A stretch of DNA of 57,362 nucleotides from Girardia tigrina (lineage: Eukaryota). The stretch spans positions 1 through 57,362 of the forward strand of contig MQRK01230384.1 in assembly GCA_001938485.1 (NCBI GenBank), read 5' to 3'. Every line of letters starts with the position of its first letter. Within the stretch, counting starts at the first letter, position 1. The notes beneath the pieces were generated by a model. That model was not told the origin of the DNA. It did not search any database and saw only the letters and a program-made list of their open reading frames with translations. A program made the translations under genes and the position numbers. Below are positions 39,192 through 51,936 of this stretch, in pieces.

Positions 39192-39269
39192 TTTGAGCAG
39201 TCTGAAACCCTGGATTTATGTTGTCTCGACTCAGCCTCTGTCGCTATTAAACAATATCTCTTGTTTTAA
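39192..39269 (+). CDS. Candidate terminal exon of the protocadherin gene
   Basis: TTTTCAG acceptor; phase-0 frame FEQSETLDLCCLDSASVAIKQYLLF* is compatible with the donor at 33561. No homology support. Confidence 0.25.
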   Translation, partial: FEQSETLDLCCLDSASVAIKQYLLF

Positions 39270-41768
39270 ACAAATAAAATATAGTTGTTGAAACAACAAG
39301 CTGCATTCCTTTCTCTTCGAATATCTGACGGTTCAATTTAAACTTAAAATACAATAAAATATTTTTTAAAAAGGCTTTTAATATTTATTTATATTTTTTT
39401 TCATTTTTAAAATAGTTTACATTTTATATATATACTGTAAATAAAAAGGATACATTATTTGTTCTCTTAATGGTTGTTTTAGTTTTTCATTTATTTTCCG
39501 TCTTTTTTTATTTATTTTTTTATTTCTCTAAAAATAATATATATTTTGACTTCCTTGTCTGATGCTGAAAACAATTAAAAGAAAAACAATTAAATATTCT
39601 TTATTGCTCTTCGCTATGTTATATTTATATAAATCTTTATTTTTTATTTATATTTTCATCATATTACAACTAAAATAATTATTTATATTTATTTATTATA
39701 TATTTATGTACTATTATTTGTACAAACCTGTACTATGACACCACATTCCAATATTATACGTTTATCAAATAACATATAATATAATTATTTATATTATTTA
39801 TTTTATAATGTTGTTTTAATACGCCCGCGGTAATGGGGCATAAAATAATATCAAATCCAAAACAAATCGATAAACAATATTAGAAATACTGAATATCATT
39901 TTAAGAAGCCGTACAAAAACAGATTTCCGCAATTATTCCAATTCATTGAAAATTACAATTTAAAACCCGTTAAAACCAAAAGAATTTATCCGATTATATC
40001 CGAATATTTATATCATTCGATTAATTCTCACCAAATATTTTCTCCAATATTATTTTCTAATTAATCAGTATTTTTATTAAATCTGATTACGACGTTTATT
40101 TTCAATCCTCATTATTCGCGGTAATTCGTTTAGTGGTGCTAACTTGATGCGTTTGTGCTCTGTTGCTGCTGTGATTGTTAGGTCTTTATTTATTATTATT
40201 TTATTTCCTAAATTAAAATTTGTATCATATTTATTTTATTTACAACTAAGTATTAATAAAAATGGACTAAGAGATATCTCTGATTACTACAGAATCACTG
40301 AGTCTATTTTTGAAAAATGCATTATTTATAATTTCATATTTAAAGTTAAAAAATCAATCAATCAATAAAATTATAATAATTGTTTAATAAAAAAATTGAC
40401 AGTATTTCTTATGGTAATACATATTGTGAATCATTGTGAATCATCATCCATTTCAACTCTTGCAATTCTTCCATTTCTAACAACAATTCTAACAACTCAT
40501 TTGTATCGGTGATACCCTACTTCCGTGTGTTTTGTGTAAGAATGATGTTATCTCTCTTTCGTTTTTGTACAAGATCTTGATTTGTTAAAGTGGTAGTTGT
40601 GCATAGGCGTCCTTTAGCGTGATGTATGTTGTGTTTGCGATGGGTTTTTTTGGAGATTTGTTTTATTACTTCTTTTTTATTACAACCCATCGTTATTCAA
40701 GGACAGTTTTATTGACGGAACGATAATGTAATTGCGGATTTTATTTTAATGCGTTTTTTGTAAGTAAAGGTTATTAAAGATTTTCTAATTTCAATTTTGA
40801 CTCAAACGTTGTCAAGAACATTTACAATGTCGAGAAGCACAGAAAGCAAGAAGTGTTGATCTGATGAAACTCGAAGGTGGAATTTAATAATTCTGCTTAT
40901 AACTTGTAGCCAACTTACAAGGGATTAAAACATCCATAAAAGGGGATCTAGGAGAGGATTTCAACTTCAGATTACAGAAAATAACTCAATATCAATACCT
41001 TTATGCATATAATTTTGATTTAACAAAGGGGAAAAGAGAAATTTTATTTCAAGCAATATGCGTCTAATAACATAAAAGACAAAAACTCAATCTAACTTAT
41101 GTGATCTATTTTGCCGTGTGGTAAATATCAAACCAACTTATCGCTTGAAGTAATTCAATCTATATTATTACAGTTAACAATCCGAGAATCGAGGCCATAA
41201 TTTATAATTGAAGAAGATCGAAACTTCAACTAAAAGTAACAGGTCTATCTTAATTCTTCCTTTATCTCCTTTCTCTTTAACCGTGATATTCATCGTTATT
41301 TTCTTTGTATGCTCTTTCTGTTTAGGTTTGTTGTTGACATAATTATATTTAGTTTGAAAAAAAACTCAATAAAAAAATAATTAATAGACAATAATTAATT
41401 ACCATTTGCTGTTAAAGTTATATGTCTTATGCTGCAAAATAAAATTATTTTTTCACTGCGGTTATTTTTATTTTTATTTACAGATTTTTTATTTGCTGTT
41501 TTTTATTAGCTGTTTGTTTTTGTTATATATAAATTTGTTGACTATTTTTATTCTTGAGTAAAAATAGATCTTTGGTAATACTTCCAAACATCTATTTCTA
41601 CAGTATCTACTAATTTACCGAGTACTTGATATTCCAACAGTCATTTTAAATGAAACCATTCTAACTGATTATCTTTAAGCTGTAATTTCTGGTGATTGAA
41701 GATATTGTATTATTCTATCAGACTAAATATTTCCGAATACATTCTAATATTGAGGAAGACTCGACTTC

Positions 41769-41930
41769 AATCCATTTAATCATAAATTTGTTAGAATTAA
41801 AGAAAGTAACTGATTTATTCTTGTTTTATTTTCTTGCTATAAGCCATTTTTTCCTTGTTCAGTGATATTGTATCCCTTCTTTTTATTACTTTCCGTTTTA
41901 TTGTTACATCAATTAATATAACTTATAATT
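41769..41930 (+). repeat. About 160-bp segment duplicated at 43699-43860
   Basis: Near-identical direct copy (AATCCATTTAATCATAAATT...ACTTATAATT). Confidence 0.9.
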
Positions 41931-43592
41931 AAGTGAGCACTTATTATTTATATTTTTATTTTATTATTTATATATAATATTGTATAAAGATGAAATGTTT
42001 TACTATTTTAATACGGTGACTCAGTCAGCTCATTTTTATATCAAAAGCTATTAACTAACCCAAAATTGTCTTTTCTTCGTTTGTTAAAATACTTTGATTA
42101 ATTGATGGTAAAATTATCTCCATTAATATAAGTTTCTTTTTAAATATCCCAAGCAAAAAAGCAATAAAAGACCAGTAATTGTCATTCGAATATCCTGATA
42201 AATGTCTCGATTTGAATGTGATATTACATAAGAGAAATTTTATTGTCTTTTTGCTGGAGAGAAAATGGAAATTAGATATAAAAATAATGACAATACAATA
42301 TAATAAATTCATATTCCGAAGTATCGTGTTTTCAAAAATTGTGGATTTAATCAAGGTTTTCTCGTTAAATGTGTATGACACTGGATGTATTTTAACTTTC
42401 TTGGATCATCTACGACTCCCGTATTTCCCAATAACCAACAATGATATTTTTTTTCAGAACCATCCATATATGCATAAAAGTAATGCATTCTTTGCTTTGC
42501 TTACCACTATGACTTGAGCTACTCTTAAACGAGATATTATTGTCTAAAAGTAAATTGAAGAATAAACCCATTTTATTAGCGTTGCTTTTTTAGATGGATT
42601 TTTAATTTAATATTACAAATTTTACTGAATAAATTTATTCAATTAACGATTAAAGATAAAAAAGTATTCTTCGACGAGCAAACATTTCCTTTCTACAACA
42701 ATATGGGCAGGGAACAAACATGAAATATCCGAGTGTCTATTCCACGACTACCATTCTGTCTTCGTAGCTTCCTAGAGATAGAGCATATAGATGTATATGA
42801 AGAAAATATTTATCTAATCACATGGTAACACAATATTTATGAAAATATAAGTTTTTCAATGTTAAAACTCATTTAATAATAATAATAATGATATTTTAGT
42901 AAAATATTGCAGAAGTGAGGCCTGGACAGCTGAAACAGCGTAATCTGATTTAAAAACAGCGTATCTATAAATATAAATATATAAATAGTACCATCAAGAA
43001 AAACAATTTTTCATTTAAACAAAATTTGAGTAATTAATTTATCAAAACTCATTTATATTACTGTCAGAAAGAAACAAAATATTTATAATTCCATTTCTAT
43101 GAAAATACAATACAAAAAAGTAAATTAAAAAAAACTAAAATTATTTTGTGAAATTAAAAAAAAATAAATAAATTTTAAATTTAAAGTTTTAAAAATAAAT
43201 AAATATTAATATAAAATTTCTGTCAATAAAATCTTGAATTTTTAATTTTAAATTTCCTTTATGATAACAAAAGATTGATTAAAATTATTTTTATTCGTGA
43301 TTCAAACAATATTCATATACTTATAAAAATGAAATATTTTCAAATTTTAAAAAAAAGATTTAAAATTCCGATTATCGCATTATAATTTGATAACAATATT
43401 GTAATATTATAATGCAAAATATAAAATATTTTAAATAAAAATACAATATTATGTTTATATTATTTTACCAAATTTAAATATACTTTTGTTAAAAGAAATA
43501 TACGAGAAAATTATTTCACCATTTAAATAATGTTTTATGATATTTTTTATGGTAAGCCGCTGTAGTTTTCGCATATAATGTATACACTAAAT

Positions 43593-45400
43593 AAGTGTTT
43601 CTCAACCTTTTTGAGTTAGTGACTCACTCAAAAGACCGTTAAATTTTGGCGACACACCACAAATAAAAGGCTATTTGTTTTTCGAAGTAATAACACATCA
43701 ATCCATTTAATCATAAATTAGTTAGAATTAAAGAAATTAACTGATTTATTCTTGTTTTATTTTCTTGCTATAAACCATTTTTCATTGTTCAGTGATATTG
43801 TATCCCTTTTTTTTATTATTTTCCGTTTTATTGTTAGATCAATTAATATTACTTATAATTATATATTAATTTATATTAATATTCATATTAAGTATTAGAA
43901 TGGGAAAGACAAAAGAATGGCTTCTAAAAAACAATATCGTGACGACAAGAGATAACAAATATTGGATCCATCTAAAAAAGGGAGCAGACTTTATATAAGA
44001 TATACATAAAATGTTATGCCACGCAGGAAGTAAGAAAGTTTACAATTACATAAAAGATGACTTCGATATGTATGAAATGAAACAACAAATAAAGAACATC
44101 GTACAAAGTTGCGCAAACTGCCAGAAATGGAAGACACTGACGACAAAAACGAAAGAGAAACACACATTAAACAATCTGCCGACGAACCATTTCAAAAAAT
44201 TTACATGGACTTTTGCGGACCGTTCAGAAGGTCTATGAATGGATACCAATACACTTTAGCAATAATCGATCAATTTAGTAGGTACATCAGCTTGACCGCA
44301 GTGGTACACCAAGACAAGCAATATCATACATATGAAATGGATTTATTTATGATATATTGCAATACTCATGAATTAAATACAATTAATATTCCAAATCCTC
44401 AATGAACATTTATTTTTTGTTATGACCTCTTGCTCTAGAGAACAAAAATTCTTTCTCGTTTTTTGGTTTTAATTTCAGTCATAACTGAGTATTTATATTC
44501 GCACAGATACAAAGTAGAGAAGGGTAATAAAGTGTTCATGGAAATTTTTATATATTTGGAAATTCAGGTAAGATTTTTATCCAAAATGAAGAGATATTAT
44601 TTTCATCGAAATTTAGTTTTAAACTTCTGTCATTTTTAATATCTATTAGCTTTTTTCAGTCGAGAATGAAAAATGATTTCCGCTGTTATCGTTATTTAAA
44701 AATTGATTTCTTACCCAGTCGTATTTTCTAACGTCTGTAGAGGGAAATTAGTGCAAAATCTTGTTTTGCAAAGTTTTCAGTGTTTCAGTAATTATAATAT
44801 TATCACATTTAGCTTTTTATGTTAGAGGAAACATTTCTAAGTTTTTATCTTCTAATCCAAGTACTTAATTTATTATTAAAAGAATTGATTTTGTCACATG
44901 ATAATAAAATATTTCTTGTTCTACTTACATTCTTAAATTTAATTTGTTGAAATAGTCAAACAGAGCTGCTAAAAATACTAACTTTGAACACTATAAATAC
45001 TCTTTCAAATAATCATTATACCTATTTTGTTCGGACGTAAAATAAACAAGTAAGTCTACTTGTAATTCATAAAACCAAGATAGCACTATTTTAAAAAATG
45101 TGAAGCTATGAATGCAGCTCACTTAACATTGTTAATGTGCACGGAAGGTCTGTGGTTATCTAATGGAAAACAGTCGGCATTTCAGGGCTTAGTTTTTATA
45201 AAATTCACAACTTGTATTACTTGGTGTAAGTCAGCGGTTAGACATTTTGAGATTTTAGATTGTCTGTGTAATACACAGAGTAGCAATTATATCAGTATTA
45301 TATTCCTTAACAATGGTAAAAAATCCTCTTAATGAGTCTCACATTGATTTTGCTGCATCAGTACAAATACTTATGCAAGATTTTCGTAGTATGCCGTAAA
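43593..45400 (-). mobile_element. hAT (Charlie/Buster-like) transposon remnant
   Basis: Terminus AGTGTTTCTCAACCTTTT; CVLHRQ...VIQVVNFIKTKP; dimerisation domain SFWIKILPEFP...LLPFSTLYLCE..SVMTEIKTKKRER. Confidence 0.85.
43891..44318 (+). mobile_element. Gypsy integrase fragment, inverted near-identical copy of about 48080-48508
   Basis: HKMLCHAGSKKVYNYIKDDFDMYEM...CANCQKWK shared with the minus-strand element. Confidence 0.92.
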
Positions 45401-45429
45401 TCTATCATAAAATAAATTAATTTAAGTTT

Positions 45430-45800
45430 ATTATAACAAGTTTATACGTGTAATGAGGCAATGCGCATACATTAGAGAGACTTCCCGTCATCTCTGCAAA
45501 CGAGTCCAAAAACACGCTTATAGAGAGAGTGAGAGAAATATTGCTGAGCATAGAAAAACTTGTAAAGGTGATTCGAGTAAAAATGATTTTAAAATTCTAT
45601 ACAAGCATTTTAAAAATTATTGTTCATAAGGTCTAGTGACCCTAAAATTAATGATAAAACAATTTTTAAGAGTTTTCCATTAATGAAACGTAATAAATTA
45701 CATAATCATCAATTTCGTATCTGAGCAATAAAAAAGCTAAAAATTAGTGATCGAAATATGACGGTAAAACCGTCGAAATATATTTCGGAAAAAAATAAAA
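45430..45800 (+). mobile_element. Penelope-like GIY-YIG 3' fragment with decayed hammerhead motif
   Basis: AYIRETSRHLCKRVQKH...IAEHRKTCKG...NDFKIL aligns with the 8791-9060 GIY-YIG; hairpin GACGG-TAAAA-CCGTC-GAAA-TATATT at about 45760-45784. Confidence 0.8.
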
Positions 45801-46898
45801 GCTACTGATGCTTGTAACCGTGAACCCTTGTCAACCCCATTTTTTATTTTTCATGCTTCCAAAAATATAATATAATCTTACAATTAGATTTTATGAAAAT
45901 TTGTTATTTAATATTTTCTAATGAAAAGATTTATGTAAAAAGATTTTGTTTGGAAGTTACGGCAATGAAACGCCAAGCTAAAGTCAATCAAAAACGCGTC
46001 ATCCAAATAGGACAACAAAATATCAATCGGATTAGAGTGACACAAATGAATATATGAATTTTTTGTTTAAATTTACTAAGAAATTACATTTCAAAACGCT
46101 TAAAATTGAGACAAGAAATTCGCGTTTTTCTCTTTTCACACACAAAAATTATGACATTCACTTATTTACATTTATTTAAAAGAATCGTTTTTGTTTTAAT
46201 AAAGAAATTTCGTCATTGATTTTATTTTATTTTATGTTTCAGTTCAATAAAAGAATTTCTTTGAAATTTATAAAATAGTTTAATTTAATTTTCAACAATG
46301 CTGAGATTTAAGTATTTGAGGAATTTATATTTATATAAATAAATAAATAATTAAAATTATATATTTTCTGTTCTATTAATATTATATTTATTCGTAAATA
46401 TAGAGAAAACAATTATTACTATAATAATAATAATAATAAGTATTATAAATTTATAAAATGTCTGTCTCTTTTTATGATTAACTAAATAACAATTGATAAA
46501 GTTCTTAAAAAAGCTAAAATAATTTTATAAGTATAATCTTTATCGTAGAAAAAAAATCTTTTTTTTTCTGAAATAAAATAAATATCGGATTAAATAGAAA
46601 TAATTTATTTTATTTTAAGTGTTTAAAAATATTTCCTTAACCGTTACTCAAATAGAAATTTTGAAGCTCCATAAATATTTTCCTTTCACTGTGATATTTG
46701 AACAAGATTTGTCAAAATTGAAATTTTAAATTACAGATTTTTGTATTTGAAGAAAAATATTTTTGTAATTATAAGCTTATAATACCGGTTTTCTAACTGT
46801 GAATATAATTATTACAGAAATATGGTTATTATAATTCTTTATTATTATTATTATTATTGTTATATTATTATAATTATTATTTTTTTCCATTCTTTTTA

Positions 46899-47008
46899 TT
46901 AGCTTACTTTCTACATAGGTATATATATATATATATATATCCATGAAATTTAGAAACCTGTTTTTGAAGGCCTTCTACTCAATCGATTTTCTTCGAACTT
47001 TCCACACT
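46899..47008 (+). repeat. Truncated second copy of the 26876 repeat
   Basis: Sequence match on both sides of the (TA)n tract. Confidence 0.7.
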
Positions 47009-49265
47009 ATTAAGAAAATTTAGACAAGTCTCATTTGAATTTTTATTAAAATCACATTTAGAGTCATTATGACTCTCAGAAGATCTTTTATCGTTTGTTA
47101 TCCTTCTAATTGGTTTTCTTATTTCTGTTTTTAATCATGATTATTCGAATAATTTTTCTAAGTTATTTTTTAAAATATTTAACCTCTAAAAAATATTAAT
47201 TAAAAAATAATATTTTTACCATTTCTCAATAAATCCCAAAATAATAAAAATATCATCAAATTATTAAAAATACATTTAATTTAAATTTTACTAAAAATTA
47301 TTAAACATAATTTTAATTCTGTAATTAAAGATATGAACTTATAAAATGATTATTTTAATTATGTTCGAATAGTCAATCCTTTAAATTTAAATAAAAATAC
47401 CAATCTCCATCTGGGTGGGAGAATCACCATTCTAAATTCAAAATACTTAAATCAACATACAACATCCATCCATTTACACATTCAAACAATTTAAAATATT
47501 CCTTACATCCCCCTCGGTTTAAAGATCCTGTCGTCCTCTAGTTGTATCTCATTACTTCTTTCGTGTCTTTGCTTTATAATTTTAACTGGTCCCATATAAC
47601 GGTCATCATCTTTTGATGGGTTAACTTTCTTTATCAAGACTTTATCTCCGACGTGAAATATTCGCTTTGTTTCAATAGGATTTTTATTTTATTTTTCTCC
47701 ACTTTTTCCTTCTTTTGTGTTCTTCCACCAATGTCTGAGTTTTCTTCCGAAGATTATCTCGGCTGGAGATATTCCAGCTGTTGCTTGAATTGTACTGTTT
47801 AACATGAATTCTATTTCTGCCAACATTTCTACCCAATCTCTATGCATTTCATCCTTTAATCGTATATTTATGGCGTCTCTTATTGTTCTGAATTGTCTTT
47901 CAATGATTCCCTTGGTGTTGTGGTGATAAGTACTTGAATAGACTATCTCTGTCTTAAATCTTTTCATCGTTTCTTTAAAGAGTGTTGATTCAAAAGTTTT
48001 CCCTCTATCAACGTGTATCTCCTTTGGTGGTCCGAATTTCCAAATCCATTTATCCTATAGTACCTTCCCTGTAGTCTTCTCGTCTTGGTATACCACTGTG
48101 GTCAAGCTGATGTACCTGCTAAATTGGTCGATTATTGCTAAAATGTATTGGTATCCATTCATAATCCTTCTGAACGGTCCGCAAAAGTCCATGTAAATTT
48201 TTTGAAATAGTTCGTCGGCAGATTATTTAATGTGTTTCTCTTTCGTTTTTTTCGTCAGTGTCTTCCATTTCTGGCAGTTTGCGCAACTTTGTATGATGTT
48301 CTTTATTTGTTGTCTCATTTCATACATATCGAAGTCATCTTTTATGTAATTGTAAACTTTCTTACTTCCTGCGTGGCATAACATTTTATGTATATCTTCT
48401 ATAAAGTCTGTTCCCTTCTTTAGATGGATCCAATATTTGTTACCTCTTGTCGTCACGATATTGTTTTTTAGAAGCCATTCTTTTGTCTTTCCAATTCTAA
48501 TACTTAGCATTTTTTCTTTAAGTATTTTATTTAATCTTTTCTATTTCTTTATCATTCGTCTGCCAAATGAACTATTCTGAATCTTCAGTTAATGCAAGGA
48601 TTCTAGTTTTAACTTTTCCTTTTTTAGCGTCATCGTGCATTGTCTGACATTGTACACATAGTTCACATGTATTTCTCGACATTACGTCTGCATTAGTGTG
48701 TTTTTTGCCCTTGTGGTATTCCATCTTCATGTCTAGTCCACTATGGAAGTTTATCCAAGTTTGGAATTGTGGAGTTATTGGGTTCTTCGTTGTCATCATG
48801 AATGTGATGGCCTTATGGTCCGTTCTAAGTAGAAACTTCTTTCCGTATAAGAAGTGTTTGAAGTGTTTGGTGAAGTAATAGATTGCTAATAATTCCTTTC
48901 TTGTAATACAGTATCCCGGTTCGTGTTTGTTTATCTTGTGGGATCCGTATGCAATTACTCTTTCCCTTCCGTATACATCCTTCTATGCAAGTACCGCCCT
49001 TATTGTATCAAAACTGGCGTCTGTATCCAGTATGAACTCATTTTTGAAATCTGGATATGCTAGGATCGGTGTTTTTGACAGTTTATCTTTTAATGTCTGA
49101 AATGCTTCGTCACATTCCTTTGTCCATGTGAATTTTTTATCTTTATTTTTTCCACACAGCCCTTCCAGTATTTTTGAATATTTTGCATAATCCTTCAAAA
49201 ATTTTCTATAATAGTTCGTTAACCCCAAGAAACTTCATAAATGTTTAATGCATGAAGGATTTTGA
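47006..49265 (-). mobile_element. 5'-truncated gypsy element (RT end, RNaseH, IN, PPT, 3' LTR about 47006-47507)
   Basis: FILDTDASFDTI, RTDHKA, HKMLCHAG, GIIERQFRT; PPT GAGGGGGA then TGTAAGG. Confidence 0.93.
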
Positions 49266-51561
49266 AATTTGACGGAATAACCCAGAAAAATGCCAATTTT
49301 TAAAAGAAAGAACAAAATGTTTAGGATATATTGTCAGTAAGAATGGTATAGAAACTGATCAAACAAAGATTAAGGCCATTAAAAAATTTCAGATCCCATC
49401 ATGTATCAAAAATTTGAGAAGTTTCTTGGGTTTAACAAATTACTACAGAAAATTTTTAAAAGATCACGCAAAATACTCAAAAGTTATGCAGAGTTTGTGT
49501 GGTAAGAAAAAAGACAAGAAAATAATATGGACTGATGATTGCGAGGAAGCTATTCGAAAACTGAAAGAAAAAATGATTGATACTGGCGTATCCTGATTTT
49601 GAGAAGGCGTTTATACTGGATACGTATGCAAGCTTTGATACAATCGGTGGCAGTATTATCACAGAAGGACACGTATGGCAGAGAGAGTAATCGCGTATGG
49701 ATCACATAAAATGAAGAAACATGAGCTTGGATACTGTGTTACAAGGAAAGAGTTGCTGGCAATTTATTATTTTACGCAAACTTTATTTTAAATACTTCTT
49801 ATACGGTAAAAGATTTTTACTAAGAACTGATCATAAAGCTATTACCTTCATGCTGAATATGAAAAACCAAATAATACCGCAATTTCAAACGTGGATAAAT
49901 TTTCATAGTAGTGTGGATATGAGAATGGAATATCGGAAATGATGAAAACACTCAAATGTAGATGCAATGTTTGAATTATGTAGTCAGTGTCAAACAATGA
50001 ACGAATAAGCTAAAAAAGGAAAGATTAAAACACGAATCTTTAGACGATGAATCAAAAGAATTCAAATGGCAGAAAGATAATGACGAAATAAATCAGATCA
50101 GAGAAGATATTAGAATAGGAAGAACAAAGAAATGAATACTGAAAGACAATATTGTGACAACAATAGATAACAAATATTGGATTCCGAGAACCACAAGGAC
50201 AGAATTCACGCTCACAAGATGCTGTACCATGCTGATAGTAAAACGGTTTATAAATATTTGAAAGACGATTTTGATATGGTTAATATGAGAGAGATAATTA
50301 AGGAAATTGTAAAATGTTGTATAAACTGTCAAAAGAGAAAGACTTTAACCACAAAAATGAAAGAACGTTTTATTAAACAATTCGCTGATGAACCATTTCA
50401 AAAGCTGTATATGGTTTTTTGATGGACCATTTAAAAGGACTTTAAATGGATATAAATATATTAGCTATAATCGATCAATTTAGCAAGTATATTATTCTGA
50501 ATGCTGTAATTCATCAAGATGAGAAAACTGCTCGGAAGGTACTACTGGACAGATGGATTTGGAAATTCGGACCATAAAAAGAGATCCATGTGGAAGCATT
50601 CGAATCGTCACTCTTTAAAGACACACTGAAGAGATTTAAAGCAGAAATAATTTACTCCAGTCCTTATTATCACAATACCAATGTCATCATTGAAAGACAA
50701 TTTAGAACTATTAGAGATGCTATGAACATAAGTATAAAAGATCAAGCCCACAAAGATTGAACTAAAATTTTTCCAGAAGTAGAATTTATGATGAACAGCC
50801 AAATTTAGACAGGTATCTCAGCAGCAGAAATGATATTTGGTAGGAAGCTAAGGCATTGGTGGAAAGATACTAAGAAACGGAGTTGTAATAAGAAAGAAAA
50901 GAGCGTAAATACGATAGAGACAAAATGAATATTTCATACAGGGGATAAAGTGTTGATAAAAAAAGAAAACGCTACAAAGGAAGAAGATCGATATATGGGT
51001 CCAGTCACAGTAAAAAGCAGAAAACATGAAAGAAGTTATGAATTTGAGCTAGAAGATGGTAGAATTTTGATCAGAAATGTGGAATGGCTAAAGCCATTTA
51101 AATCGAGGGGGATGTGAGGAATATTTGGTGTGTGGATGTTTTTGTGTAGTTTTTGTATGTTTAAATGTTGTATGTTGATTTGGGATATTGCCTCTCCTAA
51201 CCAGATATATGATCAATACTTTAATTCTTATAATCTGAAACTAATTTATTTAAATTTTGATTTAATATTCAAATTTTTAAATTTTATTATAGCTACTTTT
51301 AAAAAATTAAAATCAAATTAATGTTTAAAAATGACTCTAAAAAAATATTTTATTTTAGCCAATAAAATTTAAATTAAATATTTTTAAATAAAATAATTTT
51401 CTCAAGTATAGTTCACATTATAATGTGAGATATTGGAAATTGATTGATGGATCTAAGTGAAAGCATTACTGTTGATCATCATAAAGATGATAAGAAATGT
51501 GAATGTAGTAAATGTTCTGTCAAATGTTTAAGTTCTCTTAACAGCATAAACGCTACTTACA
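49266..51561 (+). mobile_element. 5'-truncated gypsy element (RT end, RNaseH, IN, PPT, 3' LTR 51113-51561)
   Basis: NPEKCQFLK, RSFLGLTNYYRKF, RTDHKA, IIERQFRT; PPT GAGGGGGA then TGTGAGG...TTACA. Confidence 0.93.
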
Positions 51562-51689
51562 ACGAAAATTTGTAAATTTATACTAAATTAATTTTTAGCA
51601 ATATAATTATTGTATAAGTGATTGAAATTGTCATTTATCAAATGAATTATTATTGTATTAGTATTTTCATAAAACTTCTCTTGAAAGAA

Positions 51690-51936
51690 TCATCAAAATC
51701 GGTGTTGATTTAGCGATTTAACGACCTGCACGGTTTTTAAACGATTTCTCTGGTTTTCGGTGATTTTCAACAACGGCACACCACCGACAGAACTGTTTTG
51801 ATGTGGGCAATCCAGATTGACCACGCTCTTACGTGGATTTGCTCCGGTTACTTCGATTTGTTGCATTTTAATCATAGCATGCATTGAGCGTTACGGACAT
51901 ACATACATACATACATAAATGGGATATTATTATATA
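51690..51936 (+). repeat. Interspersed repeat ending in (ACAT)n and TTATTATATA, possibly a non-autonomous Helitron/Helentron type
   Basis: Homolog at 31195-31370; terminal microsatellite architecture; the class assignment is inference. Confidence 0.55.

Noticed and set aside
45801-45840. CTGATG...GAAC...GTC as a further hammerhead
   Set aside because: Both catalytic boxes are imperfect and there are no stable stems.
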